DNA of 64,000 bases from positions 1 to 64,000 of IMG/VR virus record IMGVR_UViG_3300013136_000003. One strand, 5' to 3'. A program made the translations under genes and the position numbers. Shown one piece after another: positions 1-9,717 of the stretch; the first letter of the stretch is position 1, and each line of letters begins with the position of its first letter. This DNA is from a virus. The notes under the pieces were generated by a model. The model was given only the letters and a program-made list of their open reading frames with translations, did no database searches and had not been told where the DNA came from.

Positions 1-610
1 CAAGCGGGTCTTCAGGTTCTTCAGGTTCATCTGGAACAAGCGGGTCTTCAGGTTCTTCAGGTTCATCTGGAACAAGCGGGTCTTCAGGTTCATCTGGTAA
101 ATCTGGTTCTTCAGGTTCATCTGGAACAAGCGGGTCTTCAGGTTCTTCAGGTTCATCTGGTAAATCTGGTTCCTCAGGTTCATCTGGAACAAGCGGGTCT
201 TCAGGTTCATCAGGTTCATCTGGTAAATCTGGTTCCTCAGGTTCATCTGGAACAAGCGGGTCTTCAGGTAGTTCAGGATCATCAGGCAAATCAGGGTCCA
301 GCGGATCTTCCGGCACTTCTGGAAGCTCAGGTTCATCCGGTTCGTCAGGAAAAGCTGGTAGCTCTGGATCTTCCGGCACTTCTGGAAGCTCAGGTTCATC
401 CGGTTCGTCAGGAAAAGCTGGTAGCTCTGGATCTTCTGGCACTAGCGGTTCATCAGGTTCATCCGGTACTTCCGGTTCCAGCGGCTCAAGCGGTACTTCT
501 GGATCATCTGGCTCGTCTGGTTCGTCAGGCAAAGCTGGTAGCTCAGGATCTTCTGGTACTAGTGGCGCAGCGGGCTCAAGCGGTTCATCCGGTACGTCAG
601 GAACCGACGG
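1..610 (+). repeat. Coding tandem repeat with 9-nt periodicity (e.g. tcaggttcatctggaacaagcgggtct); second block at about 785-905
   Basis: Directly visible; encodes G-S-S/G-T-S/G-K-S triplets. Confidence 0.95.
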
Positions 611-1229
611 AAATGCAAATTTCACTACTGATACTGACCTTTATTACGACACTGCGACTGACACAATATACACTCCGAACCTTACGTTAACAAGCACCAG
701 TTTCTCTGCAACGAGCCTTCCTTCCGGCGGAACGTCAAACGAAGTTCTGGTCAAAGAATCTGACGGTACTATAAAAACAAAAACCGGAGCAGCAGGTTCC
801 TCAGGTTCCTCAGGAACGTCAGGTTCGTCTGGAACTTCTGGAGCAGCAGGATCTTCGGGCTCATCGGGTACATCAGGAACTTCTGGTGCAGATGGGGCAA
901 GCGGCGGACCAGTAGAAAGAACCTTTACTTGGGCTATAGTTAACCCAGCTGTTGCCACTGTGTTAGGACCAAGGCTCAACGGTAAATTCACTCCAACAAG
1001 GTGCGATACTTTCGTAGGTTCAAATACAAGTGTATCATTCAAGGTTCTGTACGGAACTGCACCAGGGTCATTCACAAACACGTCAGTCCAACCTACTACC
1101 GCTACCACTTCTGCTGGTACAGGTACCGTTAATGCAGTCGATATAGCTGCTGGCAACTGGTTGGTCGTTGAAATAACCGCTACGTCCGGAACTGCTGGAC
1201 AGCTTGTGGTAACCCTAGCCGGAACCTAA
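3..1229 (+). CDS. Gly-Ser-Ser (collagen-like Gly-X-Y) repeat fibre protein, 5'-truncated by the window edge
   Basis: Frame open from base 3 (AGC GGG TCT TCA GGT...) to TAA at 1227-1229; reads SGSSGSSGSSGTSGSSG...; the 960..1229 ORF is its C-terminal beta-rich domain. Confidence 0.85.
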   Translation, partial: SGSSGSSGSSGTSGSSGSSGSSGTSGSSGSSGKSGSSGSSGTSGSSGSSGSSGKSGSSGSSGTSGSSGSSGSSGKSGSSGSSGTSGSSGSSGSSGKSGSSGSSGTSGSSGSSGSSGKAGSSGSSGTSGSSGSSGSSGKAGSSGSSGTSGSSGSSGTSGSSGSSGTSGSSGSSGSSGKAGSSGSSGTSGAAGSSGSSGTSGTDGNANFTTDTDLYYDTATDTIYTPNLTLTSTSFSATSLPSGGTSNEVLVKESDGTIKTKTGAAGSSGSSGTSGSSGTSGAAGSSGSSGTSGTSGADGASGGPVERTFTWAIVNPAVATVLGPRLNGKFTPTRCDTFVGSNTSVSFKVLYGTAPGSFTNTSVQPTTATTSAGTGTVNAVDIAAGNWLVVEITATSGTAGQLVVTLAGT

Positions 1230-1243
1230 AAATACGAAAATCG

Positions 1244-1978
1244 ATGGGAGCATTCGAAGGAACTCTAAAAACCCCAGGAACATCACAATACACCTTACCA
1301 TTTGGCTGCGTGCTTAAAGCTGTGCGTTGCTGGGCAGCTGGAGGTCGTGGAGCTGACATAACCTACCCTACCGGAACAAGAGGCGGAGGTGGAGGAGGTG
1401 GCGCTTACGCTGAACCCAACAGTTTAACTACGTATGACAATAAAATGTGGAACGCTAGGTTAACTGTCATAGTTGGAGCAGGAGGAAGCGACTTAGCTGT
1501 TAACGGCGGAGATTCGCTAGTAACTTTGGAATTAGCAGAAGACGGAGGATTTGGTACTCCCATAACGTTAGCTAGAGCTCAGGGAGGAAGAGGTGTTGCC
1601 AATAACTCAGCAACAGGTGGAGCTGGCGGAACCGTTACTACTGGCACTGGGTACACTGGAGGTAACGGTGCTAGCACTATTTCTACTTACGGTGGTGGTG
1701 GTGGCGGTGGAGCTGGCAGTATTGCAAACGGAGGAAATGCTTCTGCTAGAACAGGAGGAACTGCTGGAGCTGGAAGCGGCGGCCGTGGAGGTTACGGTAG
1801 CAACGTTTCTGGAGTTGCTGGTACAGCTGGAACAGCGTTTGGAGGCGGAGGCGGAGGAGGTTACCGTACAACGACAGGAAGTGTTTCAGGCGGAAACGGA
1901 ACAAACGGAGGCGTAACCATTTCCATTCAATGGCCGGACAACCTTGTCATGCACGTCATCAAGGACGAGGGAGTATAA
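1244..1978 (+). CDS. Glycine-rich virion/tail fibre-associated protein
   Basis: GGGGGGAY and GGGGGGAGS motifs typical of phage glycine-rich domains; follows the fibre gene. Confidence 0.7.
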   Translation: MGAFEGTLKTPGTSQYTLPFGCVLKAVRCWAAGGRGADITYPTGTRGGGGGGGAYAEPNSLTTYDNKMWNARLTVIVGAGGSDLAVNGGDSLVTLELAEDGGFGTPITLARAQGGRGVANNSATGGAGGTVTTGTGYTGGNGASTISTYGGGGGGGAGSIANGGNASARTGGTAGAGSGGRGGYGSNVSGVAGTAGTAFGGGGGGGYRTTTGSVSGGNGTNGGVTISIQWPDNLVMHVIKDEGV

Positions 1979-2087
1979 ATCGGAAAAGAAAAATGATAGA
2001 AAATTAGGCGATGATAAAATCGATCCAATTTCTAACAAAACTCAGGTCAACATTTACAGTATAAAAGGCAAAAGGCCTTTTCACTAA

Positions 2088-4433
2088 ATGTTCGATTACA
2101 AAGTAAGAGTAGCTACGTCCCTCGTAGGAACTACCGGTTACAATAATCACGCGCAATCTTTTTTCAGATCACTTTCAAAGTTCGTCCCGTTAGAGATACG
2201 CAACTTCACGATAGGCAGTTCGTGGAACGGGTATTCTGACGAACCTCACAACGGCGAACCGTACATGGACGATCAGATGAAGACTCTTCTGACCGAACAG
2301 ACTCTCTGGAACGATAAAAAGATGCTGGTTGATTACCCGATCTACACCAAGTACCCAAATCCAGGAAAGCCAGTCATCAACATCGTTCTTAACGAGACCA
2401 ACCATCATTACTTTTACCGCGATTACTTCGGTTACAACATAGCTTACAACGTTTGGGAATCAACTCTTCAACCGGATAATTTCTTTAAGAGATTGTTGGA
2501 ATTCGACGAAATGTGGGTTCCGTCAAAGTGGCAGAAAGAGTGCACAGTTAAACAAGGTTACCCAGAAGACAAGATATTCGTTATTCCTGAAGGGGTTGAT
2601 GTCGCTACCTTTTTTCCTGAAAAAGTCTATCACGGTCTAACAGCAAACCCAAAACGGTTCACGTTTGGAATTTTCGGTAGGTGGGATTACCGAAAATCGA
2701 CGAAGGAGATGATAGAAACCTTCCTAAAAACGTTCGATAAGAACGAGCCGGTCGACCTTATCGTGTCCATAGACAATCCTTTTTCTTCAGACGGAATGAC
2801 TTCAACCGAAGAAAGATTGACTAAGTACGGGCTTCTTGATAGTCGGATAAAGATCTTGCACTTTCCTTCTAGGGAAGATTACGTTCGACTGATGAAATCG
2901 GTCAACGTTTTTCTGTCGTGTTCTCGGTCAGAAGGTTGGAACCTTCCTCTCATAGAAGCGATGTCCTGCGGAACTCCGGCTATCTACTCAAACTGTTGCG
3001 CTCAGCTAGAATTTGCGGAAGGTAGAGGTTTACCTGTCGAAGTATTAGGAGAAAAACCCTCCAGAGAAAGCAGTTACAATCACTTTAACGAGACAGTCGG
3101 CAATTACTACGAGCCAGATTTTGATGATCTCGGAAAGGTCATGTGCGATGCATACGAGAATTACGAGTCTCACAAGAACCGAGCGATCGAAGAATCGAAA
3201 GAAATTCACCAACTCTTTAATTGGACAAAGGTTGCTAGGTTAGCCGCAGAACACTTAGAGAGCAGGAAAGAACACATAGAACAGGTTCTAAAGACCGAGA
3301 AGAATTTTCTCAAGATCAACTACCACTTCGTTGAAGGAGCAAACGTTGACATAGTTGGCGGCGAACCCAGCGAGTACTTAGTGGAGTTCACTGATCAGAA
3401 AACTGGAAACGTTCTCCACAAAGCTACGATAAACAATAACATGTGGACCAAGGCCTACCGACAGTATTTCGTCGATTGGCACGTAAAGATAACTGACACG
3501 AAAACTCAGGACGTTTTGTTAGACAGGTCAATCGACTTGGAAGGAAAGCGAGTTTACGTTGCTATCGAATCTGCTTCTCTCGGAGATACCTTGGCTTGGT
3601 TTCCGCCGGTAGAAGAATTTCGAAAGAAACACAAGTGCGAGATGCTGTGCTCGACTCATCACAACGAGTGGTTCGTAAAAAATTACCCGGAAATAAAGTT
3701 CATCACACCAGGAACAGCTGTTAACGATTTGCACGCGATGTACAAGATCGGTTGGTTCTACAAGGAAAATACTGAGACTAAACAAACCGTCATAAACTTG
3801 GACATGAACCCAAGCGATCCAAAACCTCAGCCTATGCAAAAAGCAGCTTTCGACATACTTGGATTACCTTACAAGGAAACTTTACCCATCTTAACTCTTC
3901 CAAAAAATGTCAAAAAGAAAAAGAAGATCGCGATAGCTTTGCATGCAACGTGTCAATCAAAGTACTGGAATAAAGCAAACGGTTGGCAGACTGTCGTAGA
4001 TTGGTGCAGAAAGAATGGGTACGATGTAGTTCTCCTGTCGAAGGAAGAGGATGGGTACATGGGAAACTCTCACCCAACCGGAATTAGACAGCTACCAGCT
4101 GGGCCCATAGAAAAAGTCATCAAGGAACTGATGGAAGCAAAAGCTTTCGTTGGAATAGGAAGCGGGTTGAGTTGGCTTTCTTGGGCAGTTGGAACTCCCA
4201 CCGTAATCGTGTCAGGTTTTTCTTATCCGTACACCGAAACTACTTTGAACACGTTTAGAGTTTTTACGCCTGAAGGAAAGTGTTCAGGCTGCTTTAATCG
4301 ACACCGGTTATCGCCAGATGATTGGTACTGGTGCCCGGAGCACAAAGCAACTGAGAGACAGTTCGAATGCACAAGATCTATAACGCCGGAAATGGTCATT
4401 GAAGAATTGAAGAAAGCTCTGAAGATCGTATAG
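2088..4433 (+). CDS. Two-domain glycosyltransferase: GT4-like N-terminus fused to a TibC/Aah-like autotransporter O-heptosyltransferase
   Basis: GT4 motifs GRWDYRK and SRSEGWNLPLIEAMSCG; C-terminal SLGDTLAWFP, FVGIGSGLSWLSW and four-Cys CSGC...WCP...FEC motif. Confidence 0.85.
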   Translation: MFDYKVRVATSLVGTTGYNNHAQSFFRSLSKFVPLEIRNFTIGSSWNGYSDEPHNGEPYMDDQMKTLLTEQTLWNDKKMLVDYPIYTKYPNPGKPVINIVLNETNHHYFYRDYFGYNIAYNVWESTLQPDNFFKRLLEFDEMWVPSKWQKECTVKQGYPEDKIFVIPEGVDVATFFPEKVYHGLTANPKRFTFGIFGRWDYRKSTKEMIETFLKTFDKNEPVDLIVSIDNPFSSDGMTSTEERLTKYGLLDSRIKILHFPSREDYVRLMKSVNVFLSCSRSEGWNLPLIEAMSCGTPAIYSNCCAQLEFAEGRGLPVEVLGEKPSRESSYNHFNETVGNYYEPDFDDLGKVMCDAYENYESHKNRAIEESKEIHQLFNWTKVARLAAEHLESRKEHIEQVLKTEKNFLKINYHFVEGANVDIVGGEPSEYLVEFTDQKTGNVLHKATINNNMWTKAYRQYFVDWHVKITDTKTQDVLLDRSIDLEGKRVYVAIESASLGDTLAWFPPVEEFRKKHKCEMLCSTHHNEWFVKNYPEIKFITPGTAVNDLHAMYKIGWFYKENTETKQTVINLDMNPSDPKPQPMQKAAFDILGLPYKETLPILTLPKNVKKKKKIAIALHATCQSKYWNKANGWQTVVDWCRKNGYDVVLLSKEEDGYMGNSHPTGIRQLPAGPIEKVIKELMEAKAFVGIGSGLSWLSWAVGTPTVIVSGFSYPYTETTLNTFRVFTPEGKCSGCFNRHRLSPDDWYWCPEHKATERQFECTRSITPEMVIEELKKALKIV

Positions 4434-4443
4434 ATAATTCAGT

Positions 4444-5058
4444 ATGATACTCAATGCTAGACAAAACGGTTTTCTCGTAAATCTCCCACAGGATTTTTTC
4501 AACAAGGAGATAGATCAGAAGTACGAAAAGTACTACAAAAACCTACTGGTTCCGTACAGATCTCTGTCTGACTTCATGGCATCCACCATACAGACGATAG
4601 ACATTCCTGGGTTCAACAGCACCTTACCGTTTCAGATGGAAACGTTAGGAAAGAAAAGAGAAGCTCAGAGCGCAGTTCCGATCGCTGAGCAGTTCAACCG
4701 CGACATAAAGATCTCGTTCAAGCTAACTGACGGTTGGCTTAGTTACTGGATATTTTTGGACAACATGCTGAACTACTTGGATTTTTCCAACATTGCTGAA
4801 AGTAACACTCAAAATTCGTTAGGCCGAGCATTTTCAGCGCAACCTGTTCCAAATGCTAACCACCCATTCTTTCACCCAATTAGGCTGACCATACTGAACA
4901 ACGAAGGTTATGCTTTAGTGTCAATTGTTTTCAACCGACCGATGATCACCGGTCTCACGAACTTTCAGCTATCTTACGCTTCGGTAAAGAGCGAGTTCAA
5001 AACTTTCACAGTTACGTTTAGGTATTACAACTTCGATCTCGAACCGGAATTCGATTAA
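4444..5058 (+). CDS. Putative tail tube/baseplate-type protein (gp19/gp54-like fold)
   Basis: IQTIDIPG...ISFKL...LSY...TFTVTFRY pattern resembles tube-family proteins; structural gene context. Confidence 0.45.
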   Translation: MILNARQNGFLVNLPQDFFNKEIDQKYEKYYKNLLVPYRSLSDFMASTIQTIDIPGFNSTLPFQMETLGKKREAQSAVPIAEQFNRDIKISFKLTDGWLSYWIFLDNMLNYLDFSNIAESNTQNSLGRAFSAQPVPNANHPFFHPIRLTILNNEGYALVSIVFNRPMITGLTNFQLSYASVKSEFKTFTVTFRYYNFDLEPEFD

Positions 5059-5819
5059 GATTCAGGTTGAGTAGGCAGATCGTTCTGATCTATCCAAGTG
5101 TTGTCCATCAAGTTTTCGTCCTGATCTAGAAACCTGAGGTTAATTCTTTCCCTGGTGTTGGAACTTCTTCTCTTAGACGAGGATTCGAAGCTCGGGAAGT
5201 ACGTTTCAACTTCCACCGACGTAGTCATGTGCAACTTATTGTTGTCTGCATACGTGAAGGAGTACTTCTTATCGATCTTTTCATTCTCCGAAAAATGAAA
5301 CTGCGCTGGAATTCTTATGCCTTTGTACCTGAAATAAACTACTCGGTTAGAATAAGTTAGATCTAGAATAGTTTCAGCTATCTTGAACGCTTGGTTTATG
5401 CTGGCAGTTATCACTTTTATGTCAAACGTGACGGTCATCGGCAAGGAATAGAGCTGAGCTGAGTACCCGGTTAGAATATTTTCTCCATTACTGTTCTTTT
5501 CGGTCTCTGTGTATTGCCCACGAATAAACCGGTTAGTGATGTCTCCGCTTTTTATCTGAAATGTGTTTAACGTGACTATCCCTCTCGGGATCATGTCATA
5601 CGTTCCTTCCGATACCGGAATTCGGCAGTTGTCAGGTAAGCCGATGTAGAAATCCTTTAGAAAGCCTTCGTCCGTTCCGTAATTGTACATAAAAGGAACT
5701 GTGTACGTTTCATCAGCGTCGTTTCTGGAGACGGTTATGGTCATAACGCTGTTGAGAAGGTCTAGCAAAGAAATCGTTAGGTTTCGAAGAAAGATGTTAT
5801 CTGTGTTCAGTGTCTTCAT
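5055..5819 (-). CDS. Tail sheath stabilizer/completion protein (T4 gp15-like)
   Basis: VPFMY...IPRGIVTL...LPMTVTFDIKV...FKIAETIL pattern; late promoter directly upstream. Confidence 0.6.
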   Translation of the reverse strand: MKTLNTDNIFLRNLTISLLDLLNSVMTITVSRNDADETYTVPFMYNYGTDEGFLKDFYIGLPDNCRIPVSEGTYDMIPRGIVTLNTFQIKSGDITNRFIRGQYTETEKNSNGENILTGYSAQLYSLPMTVTFDIKVITASINQAFKIAETILDLTYSNRVVYFRYKGIRIPAQFHFSENEKIDKKYSFTYADNNKLHMTTSVEVETYFPSFESSSKRRSSNTRERINLRFLDQDENLMDNTWIDQNDLPTQPES

Positions 5820-5823
5820 ACCT

Positions 5824-6444
5824 TTATTTATTCATAGTGCGCCCAGTTATCCAACCGTCAGGGATAGTTGAATTTGCAGCTAATTTTTTATTAGCCTGGC
5901 CGTTTGTTATCCACTTTGTGCCGAACTGAGAATTTTCAGAACCGAATCCCTTTCCTTTACGAGAATCGCTCATCTTCTTCTTTGTTTCTTCTCGGTGCTT
6001 TCGACCTATCCAATTTAATGAATGCCATTTACCTGAAGCTAACATTTTTCGGTTGGTTTCTTTCATTTTTTCGCTAGCCTTCCTTGATTTCTCAGGATTA
6101 GTAGTTCGACCGCCAGCCGACGAACACTTGAGCTGATGTTCTTTAGAACAAAATCCGCCTTCTCCTCCTAATTGCAAATTCATGCACCTTGGATCCAGTA
6201 AAACTGTTTCATTTATCAATTCGCGTTCTCTATTTCTTAGTTCTTCGCGAGTTTCGAAAAACTCTAACACTTCCTTTGTGTGATTTTGTTTTCCGTGCTT
6301 TTTAATAGAGTATCGAATGCGCTTGCCGCTTCCAAAATATCCATCTTCCATATTATCGGTTGCGTGCATCCCAATATAGTAACGGCCAGTTACATTGCAG
6401 GAGATTGTATAAATGTAATGGAATTTGTGTTCTCTTCTAGGCAT
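5824..6444 (-). CDS. GIY-YIG homing endonuclease (Seg-like) with NUMOD3-like motif
   Basis: YIYTI...YYIGMH...YFGSG; KHREETKKKMS motif; free-standing just downstream of the tmRNA. Confidence 0.85.
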   Translation of the reverse strand: MPRREHKFHYIYTISCNVTGRYYIGMHATDNMEDGYFGSGKRIRYSIKKHGKQNHTKEVLEFFETREELRNRERELINETVLLDPRCMNLQLGGEGGFCSKEHQLKCSSAGGRTTNPEKSRKASEKMKETNRKMLASGKWHSLNWIGRKHREETKKKMSDSRKGKGFGSENSQFGTKWITNGQANKKLAANSTIPDGWITGRTMNK

Positions 6445-6490
6445 AAAAAAGTACCTCAGTTTTAGAGTTATTTATCTATCACTGAGGTAC
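6445..6490 (-). terminator. Hairpin + U-tract (tmRNA terminator) with a late promoter inside its loop
   Basis: Perfect 10-bp inverted repeat GTACCTCAGT/ACTGAGGTAC followed on the minus strand by TTTTTT then ATG; loop contains GATAAATA. Confidence 0.75.
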
Positions 6491-6502
6491 AATTTGTGCC
6501 GG

Positions 6503-6948
6503 GGTGGAGGTGGTGGGATTCGAACCCGCGTCCGCCAAATAATGCGAGAAGCTCTCATTCACATGCTTAGTTCATTTTTCTAAACGAACAAAATTTGTGT
6601 CTTTCTTTTTTGGACTGACTTAAGACTCAGTCAGCGAACCTACCGCTAGAGACGATCTCAATGGGTATTGGATTTCTCCTCAAGGTTCCTCGCGGTTTCG
6701 TGAGCGGTACTACGAACCTTTTTTCCCGCATGCGCACATTTGGTCGTATGGAATTGGGCAAGTGCGGCCCAATGATTAAGCAACCAGTGCTAGGTCCTCA
6801 ACCTGCTCAGCAACGCCGATTGTCTCGTCATTGATGAGGCTCCAGATAGAAGTGTTGCCACTTACCGTTTGATACGAGTTAACGAGTTAGGATCTTCCTC
6901 GGCATGCAAGCTTAACCCATGTATTCACGTCAATAGCCTGTCACCCCC
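6503..6948 (-). ncRNA. ssrA: Phage-encoded tmRNA
   Basis: 5' GGGGGTGACAGGCTATTGAC; 3' GGACGCGGGTTCGAATCCCACCACCTCCA; acceptor stem GGGGGTG/CACCTCC with G3-U wobble and A discriminator; internal tag frame 6859-6776 ending LALVA*. Confidence 0.93.
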
Positions 6949-7016
6949 ATGAGTTAGTTTATTATTGTACTAACGTTATCTATAAAAGGTCCACGTGTGA
7001 GCCTCGTTAACTCACG

Positions 7017-7024
7017 GATAAATA
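7017..7024 (+). promoter_or_regulatory. T4-type late promoter motif (G/A/T)ATAAATA; representative copy
   Basis: Recurs just upstream of structural genes: + strand 7017, 13886, 16502, 17734, 22435, 25833, 31088, 34343, 39620, 41161, 41790, 49659, 51280; - strand about 5824, 6469, 31044, 46943, 49627, 51263, 54442; T4 gp55 consensus is TATAAATA. Confidence 0.8.
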
Positions 7025-7046
7025 AAGAAAAAGAAGTACCTCATAG

Positions 7047-8732
7047 ATGGCCACGATTACAAGTCAAAATACCTCTCTACGGCTTTTTACCAGCTTAAAG
7101 ATCAGGATCTCTGACATACTCGGAGAAACGATAACCTACTTGCAGGAAACATTTAAGCAGAGTAGAGCCATTTTTACGGCAGCTTCTCCGTTCGGCCAGC
7201 TCCTGATAGTTTTTGAAAACTTGAGCCAGCTGATATTCTACTACATTGAGGATTCCATCACCGAACTAAACATCTACGAAGCGTCCCGGCCATCATCGAT
7301 ATACAGTTTAGCCTCGTTAGCGGGCCACAATCCTAGTCGAGCAATCGGAGCAACCGCGCAAGTTAGGTTACTGAGAAAACCGGGAATAATTCCAACGTCA
7401 AACAAAGCGATACTTAACAATCTCTTTAGGCTGACTTGCTCGAACAATGGGTTGACTTACGTGATGGAACTTCCGCAGGACGAAGTTCGTTTGAACTTAA
7501 CCGGCGCAGAAACAATGGCAGTTTTCAGCTTACGGCAAGGTCAGATCGAGAGTCAGACCGTTACAGCAAAAGGAAAACCGCTAGACAGTTTCAGCATAGG
7601 TTACCCTAACAACTATTACATCGATCAGTTCATGGTAAACGTTTACGTTAACGGAGAGCAGTGGACCAAGTACGATTCTCTTCTCGATATACCAAGGAAC
7701 GCTAAGGGCTTTTTCACAAAGACTGGCATAACTAATGGACTCGACATTTACTTCGGAAACGGTTCTTTCGGAAAGATTCCGGACGTTGGTAGCGAGATCG
7801 TTGTCGAGTACTTAGTTTCAGAAGGATCCAACGGAAACATAAGAGTCGACGATGCTCGGCAGGTTCAGTTTACTTTCTCAGAAAACGCTTTTTCTCCGAT
7901 AGGAGAGGAACTCAACCTTAACGAGTACTTTGACATTGCTACAATAAGCCCACCGAGCTTCGGAGTTGACCCAGAAGACATCGAACTCACCAGGTTGATA
8001 GCTCCTAAACAATCGAAAAATTTTGCGCTGGTGAATCCAGACAATTACGAGGTCCTGCTTCACAAGATGCAGATGTTTTCGACGGTTAGAGTATTTCTAA
8101 ACGAAGCGAATCCTCGAATGATAAACCTGTTTCTCATACCTGACGTAACTCAACTGTTCAAAACCAGCGCAGATTACTTCAAGTTAGGTTTGGACAGGTT
8201 CATCCTGACTCCTTTTCAGAAAAACGAACTAGTAAAGTACATAGAGAAGTCCGGAACCAAGTTGGTGTCTACCGACATTGCCCTTCTCGACCCAATTCTA
8301 ACAAAATACGTTCTGAACATCAGCGTCATTGGTTTCGACGATGTTGAGAATGACGTGATAAAGACCGACATAACGGACGCGATAGGAAATTACTTCATAA
8401 AACTATCCCGAAACGATAGGGTGCCTAAAAGCGACCTAATCACCGTGGTAGAATCAGTTAATGGCGTTGACTCAGTAAGCATTTCCATCGTGTCAGAACT
8501 AAACGAATTAGCGTTCATTTCCGACCCTAACCGTGATCCTTCCAGCTTGGTAGGACTCGACGAGTTCAACGACATAGTCATGAAGATCGACGAGTTCCCA
8601 GTCATAAGAGGTGGGTGGATCGATAGGTATGGAAACAATTACGCTGAGGGGATTTCTGACACTGCTTTGGGTGCTGTGAACATTGAGATAAAAGCTCAAA
8701 AAGCTACTCGCAAAAAATTGACTCTACTATGA
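7047..8732 (+). CDS. Baseplate wedge protein (T4 gp6-like)
   Basis: ASRPSSIYSLASLAGHNP, IYFGNGSFGKIP, IVVEYLVSEGSNGN, ALVNPDNYE match gp6/baseplate J patterns. Confidence 0.75.
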   Translation: MATITSQNTSLRLFTSLKIRISDILGETITYLQETFKQSRAIFTAASPFGQLLIVFENLSQLIFYYIEDSITELNIYEASRPSSIYSLASLAGHNPSRAIGATAQVRLLRKPGIIPTSNKAILNNLFRLTCSNNGLTYVMELPQDEVRLNLTGAETMAVFSLRQGQIESQTVTAKGKPLDSFSIGYPNNYYIDQFMVNVYVNGEQWTKYDSLLDIPRNAKGFFTKTGITNGLDIYFGNGSFGKIPDVGSEIVVEYLVSEGSNGNIRVDDARQVQFTFSENAFSPIGEELNLNEYFDIATISPPSFGVDPEDIELTRLIAPKQSKNFALVNPDNYEVLLHKMQMFSTVRVFLNEANPRMINLFLIPDVTQLFKTSADYFKLGLDRFILTPFQKNELVKYIEKSGTKLVSTDIALLDPILTKYVLNISVIGFDDVENDVIKTDITDAIGNYFIKLSRNDRVPKSDLITVVESVNGVDSVSISIVSELNELAFISDPNRDPSSLVGLDEFNDIVMKIDEFPVIRGGWIDRYGNNYAEGISDTALGAVNIEIKAQKATRKKLTLL

Positions 8733-8974
8733 TAAGAAATTCAATCTACTGGACAGTTTACAACAGAAAGGACCGTAGGTTGCATCTCGGTTTCATGTAC
8801 AAGGGAAACGTTTTGAGAAAAACTCTTTCCAACCAGATGTTTGGTGCGAATCCAACTCTGACCAACTTTTTGTCGTACATGGAAACCTACATATACGAGC
8901 ACATTGAAGCGGTGAAGCAGATAAAGATCTTTGCCAACCCAGCGTTGGACAAGAACGAAAATAGGATAAACTAA
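8729..8974 (+). CDS. Small protein, possibly baseplate-associated
   Basis: ATGA overlap with upstream gene and coupled to downstream gene. Confidence 0.5.
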   Translation: MIRNSIYWTVYNRKDRRLHLGFMYKGNVLRKTLSNQMFGANPTLTNFLSYMETYIYEHIEAVKQIKIFANPALDKNENRIN

Positions 8975-9717
8975 TGAGCTCTCAACCGGTTTTCAACAAA
9001 GAAAAGAAGGCACAGATTCGAGGAGAACTCGAAGACCTGCTCAGAGGGTACTCGCCCAATCCATCTAACTCGGAAGATGACGTGATAGACGAGCAATTGA
9101 GCGAGATCGCTGTTGCTCCGCCCATCGACTTCGAGGAAATGAATCGAAAGTTCGAAAAGCAGGCAAAGGACATAACCAACTCAATGTTAAAGTTTTACGT
9201 TGATTTGGGAATCATGGACCAGAACGATTACCTTAAGCAAAAGCAGGTACTCGACAATTCAAACATTCAGAACATCTTCTTTCAGCTAAAGACTCTTAGA
9301 ATGGCCATCGAAAAGATAGCTGAAGAGATAAACCAAGGAAACACTCACCCAAGATTGTTCGAAGTTTTCGGACAGCTTCAGGATAAATTGACAACCGTGA
9401 TCAAGACTCAGGCAAATTACGTCCTATTCTTAGAAGACACGTACAAGAAAATAAACCAAGACATCACCCAGAAAGGCACTCAATCTGCATCGGTCACACC
9501 GTTGTTGGGTCAGCCTAACGAATTTTACATAACTGCTGGGACAAAAAACATCATGAAAGAGATAACGGCAGAGGAAGTGAACGAAGAAGACAAACCTGAT
9601 CGCTACCTCACGCATCCTGGAAAGAAGGCCCAAGTTATGGAAGAGGCCGGCGTTTCCCAATCTTTCGTCGAGGACGAGGTTGAAGACCTATCGGATGACG
9701 TTAACTCGCTAGTATGA
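8974..9717 (+). CDS. terS: Terminase small subunit (T4 gp16-like)
   Basis: HPRLFEVFGQLQDKL resembles the gp16 PRxxEVF helix; directly upstream of the large terminase. Confidence 0.65.
   Translation: MSSQPVFNKEKKAQIRGELEDLLRGYSPNPSNSEDDVIDEQLSEIAVAPPIDFEEMNRKFEKQAKDITNSMLKFYVDLGIMDQNDYLKQKQVLDNSNIQNIFFQLKTLRMAIEKIAEEINQGNTHPRLFEVFGQLQDKLTTVIKTQANYVLFLEDTYKKINQDITQKGTQSASVTPLLGQPNEFYITAGTKNIMKEITAEEVNEEDKPDRYLTHPGKKAQVMEEAGVSQSFVEDEVEDLSDDVNSLV

Noticed and set aside
644-1156. Minus-strand 170-aa PEVPDEP ORF
   Set aside because: Antisense shadow of the Gly-Ser-Ser repeat gene
6503-6540. tRNA-like T-arm and acceptor sequence as a tRNA or attachment site
   Set aside because: It pairs with the 5' end at 6948 and encloses a tag frame, so it is the tmRNA 3' end; no integrase in the window
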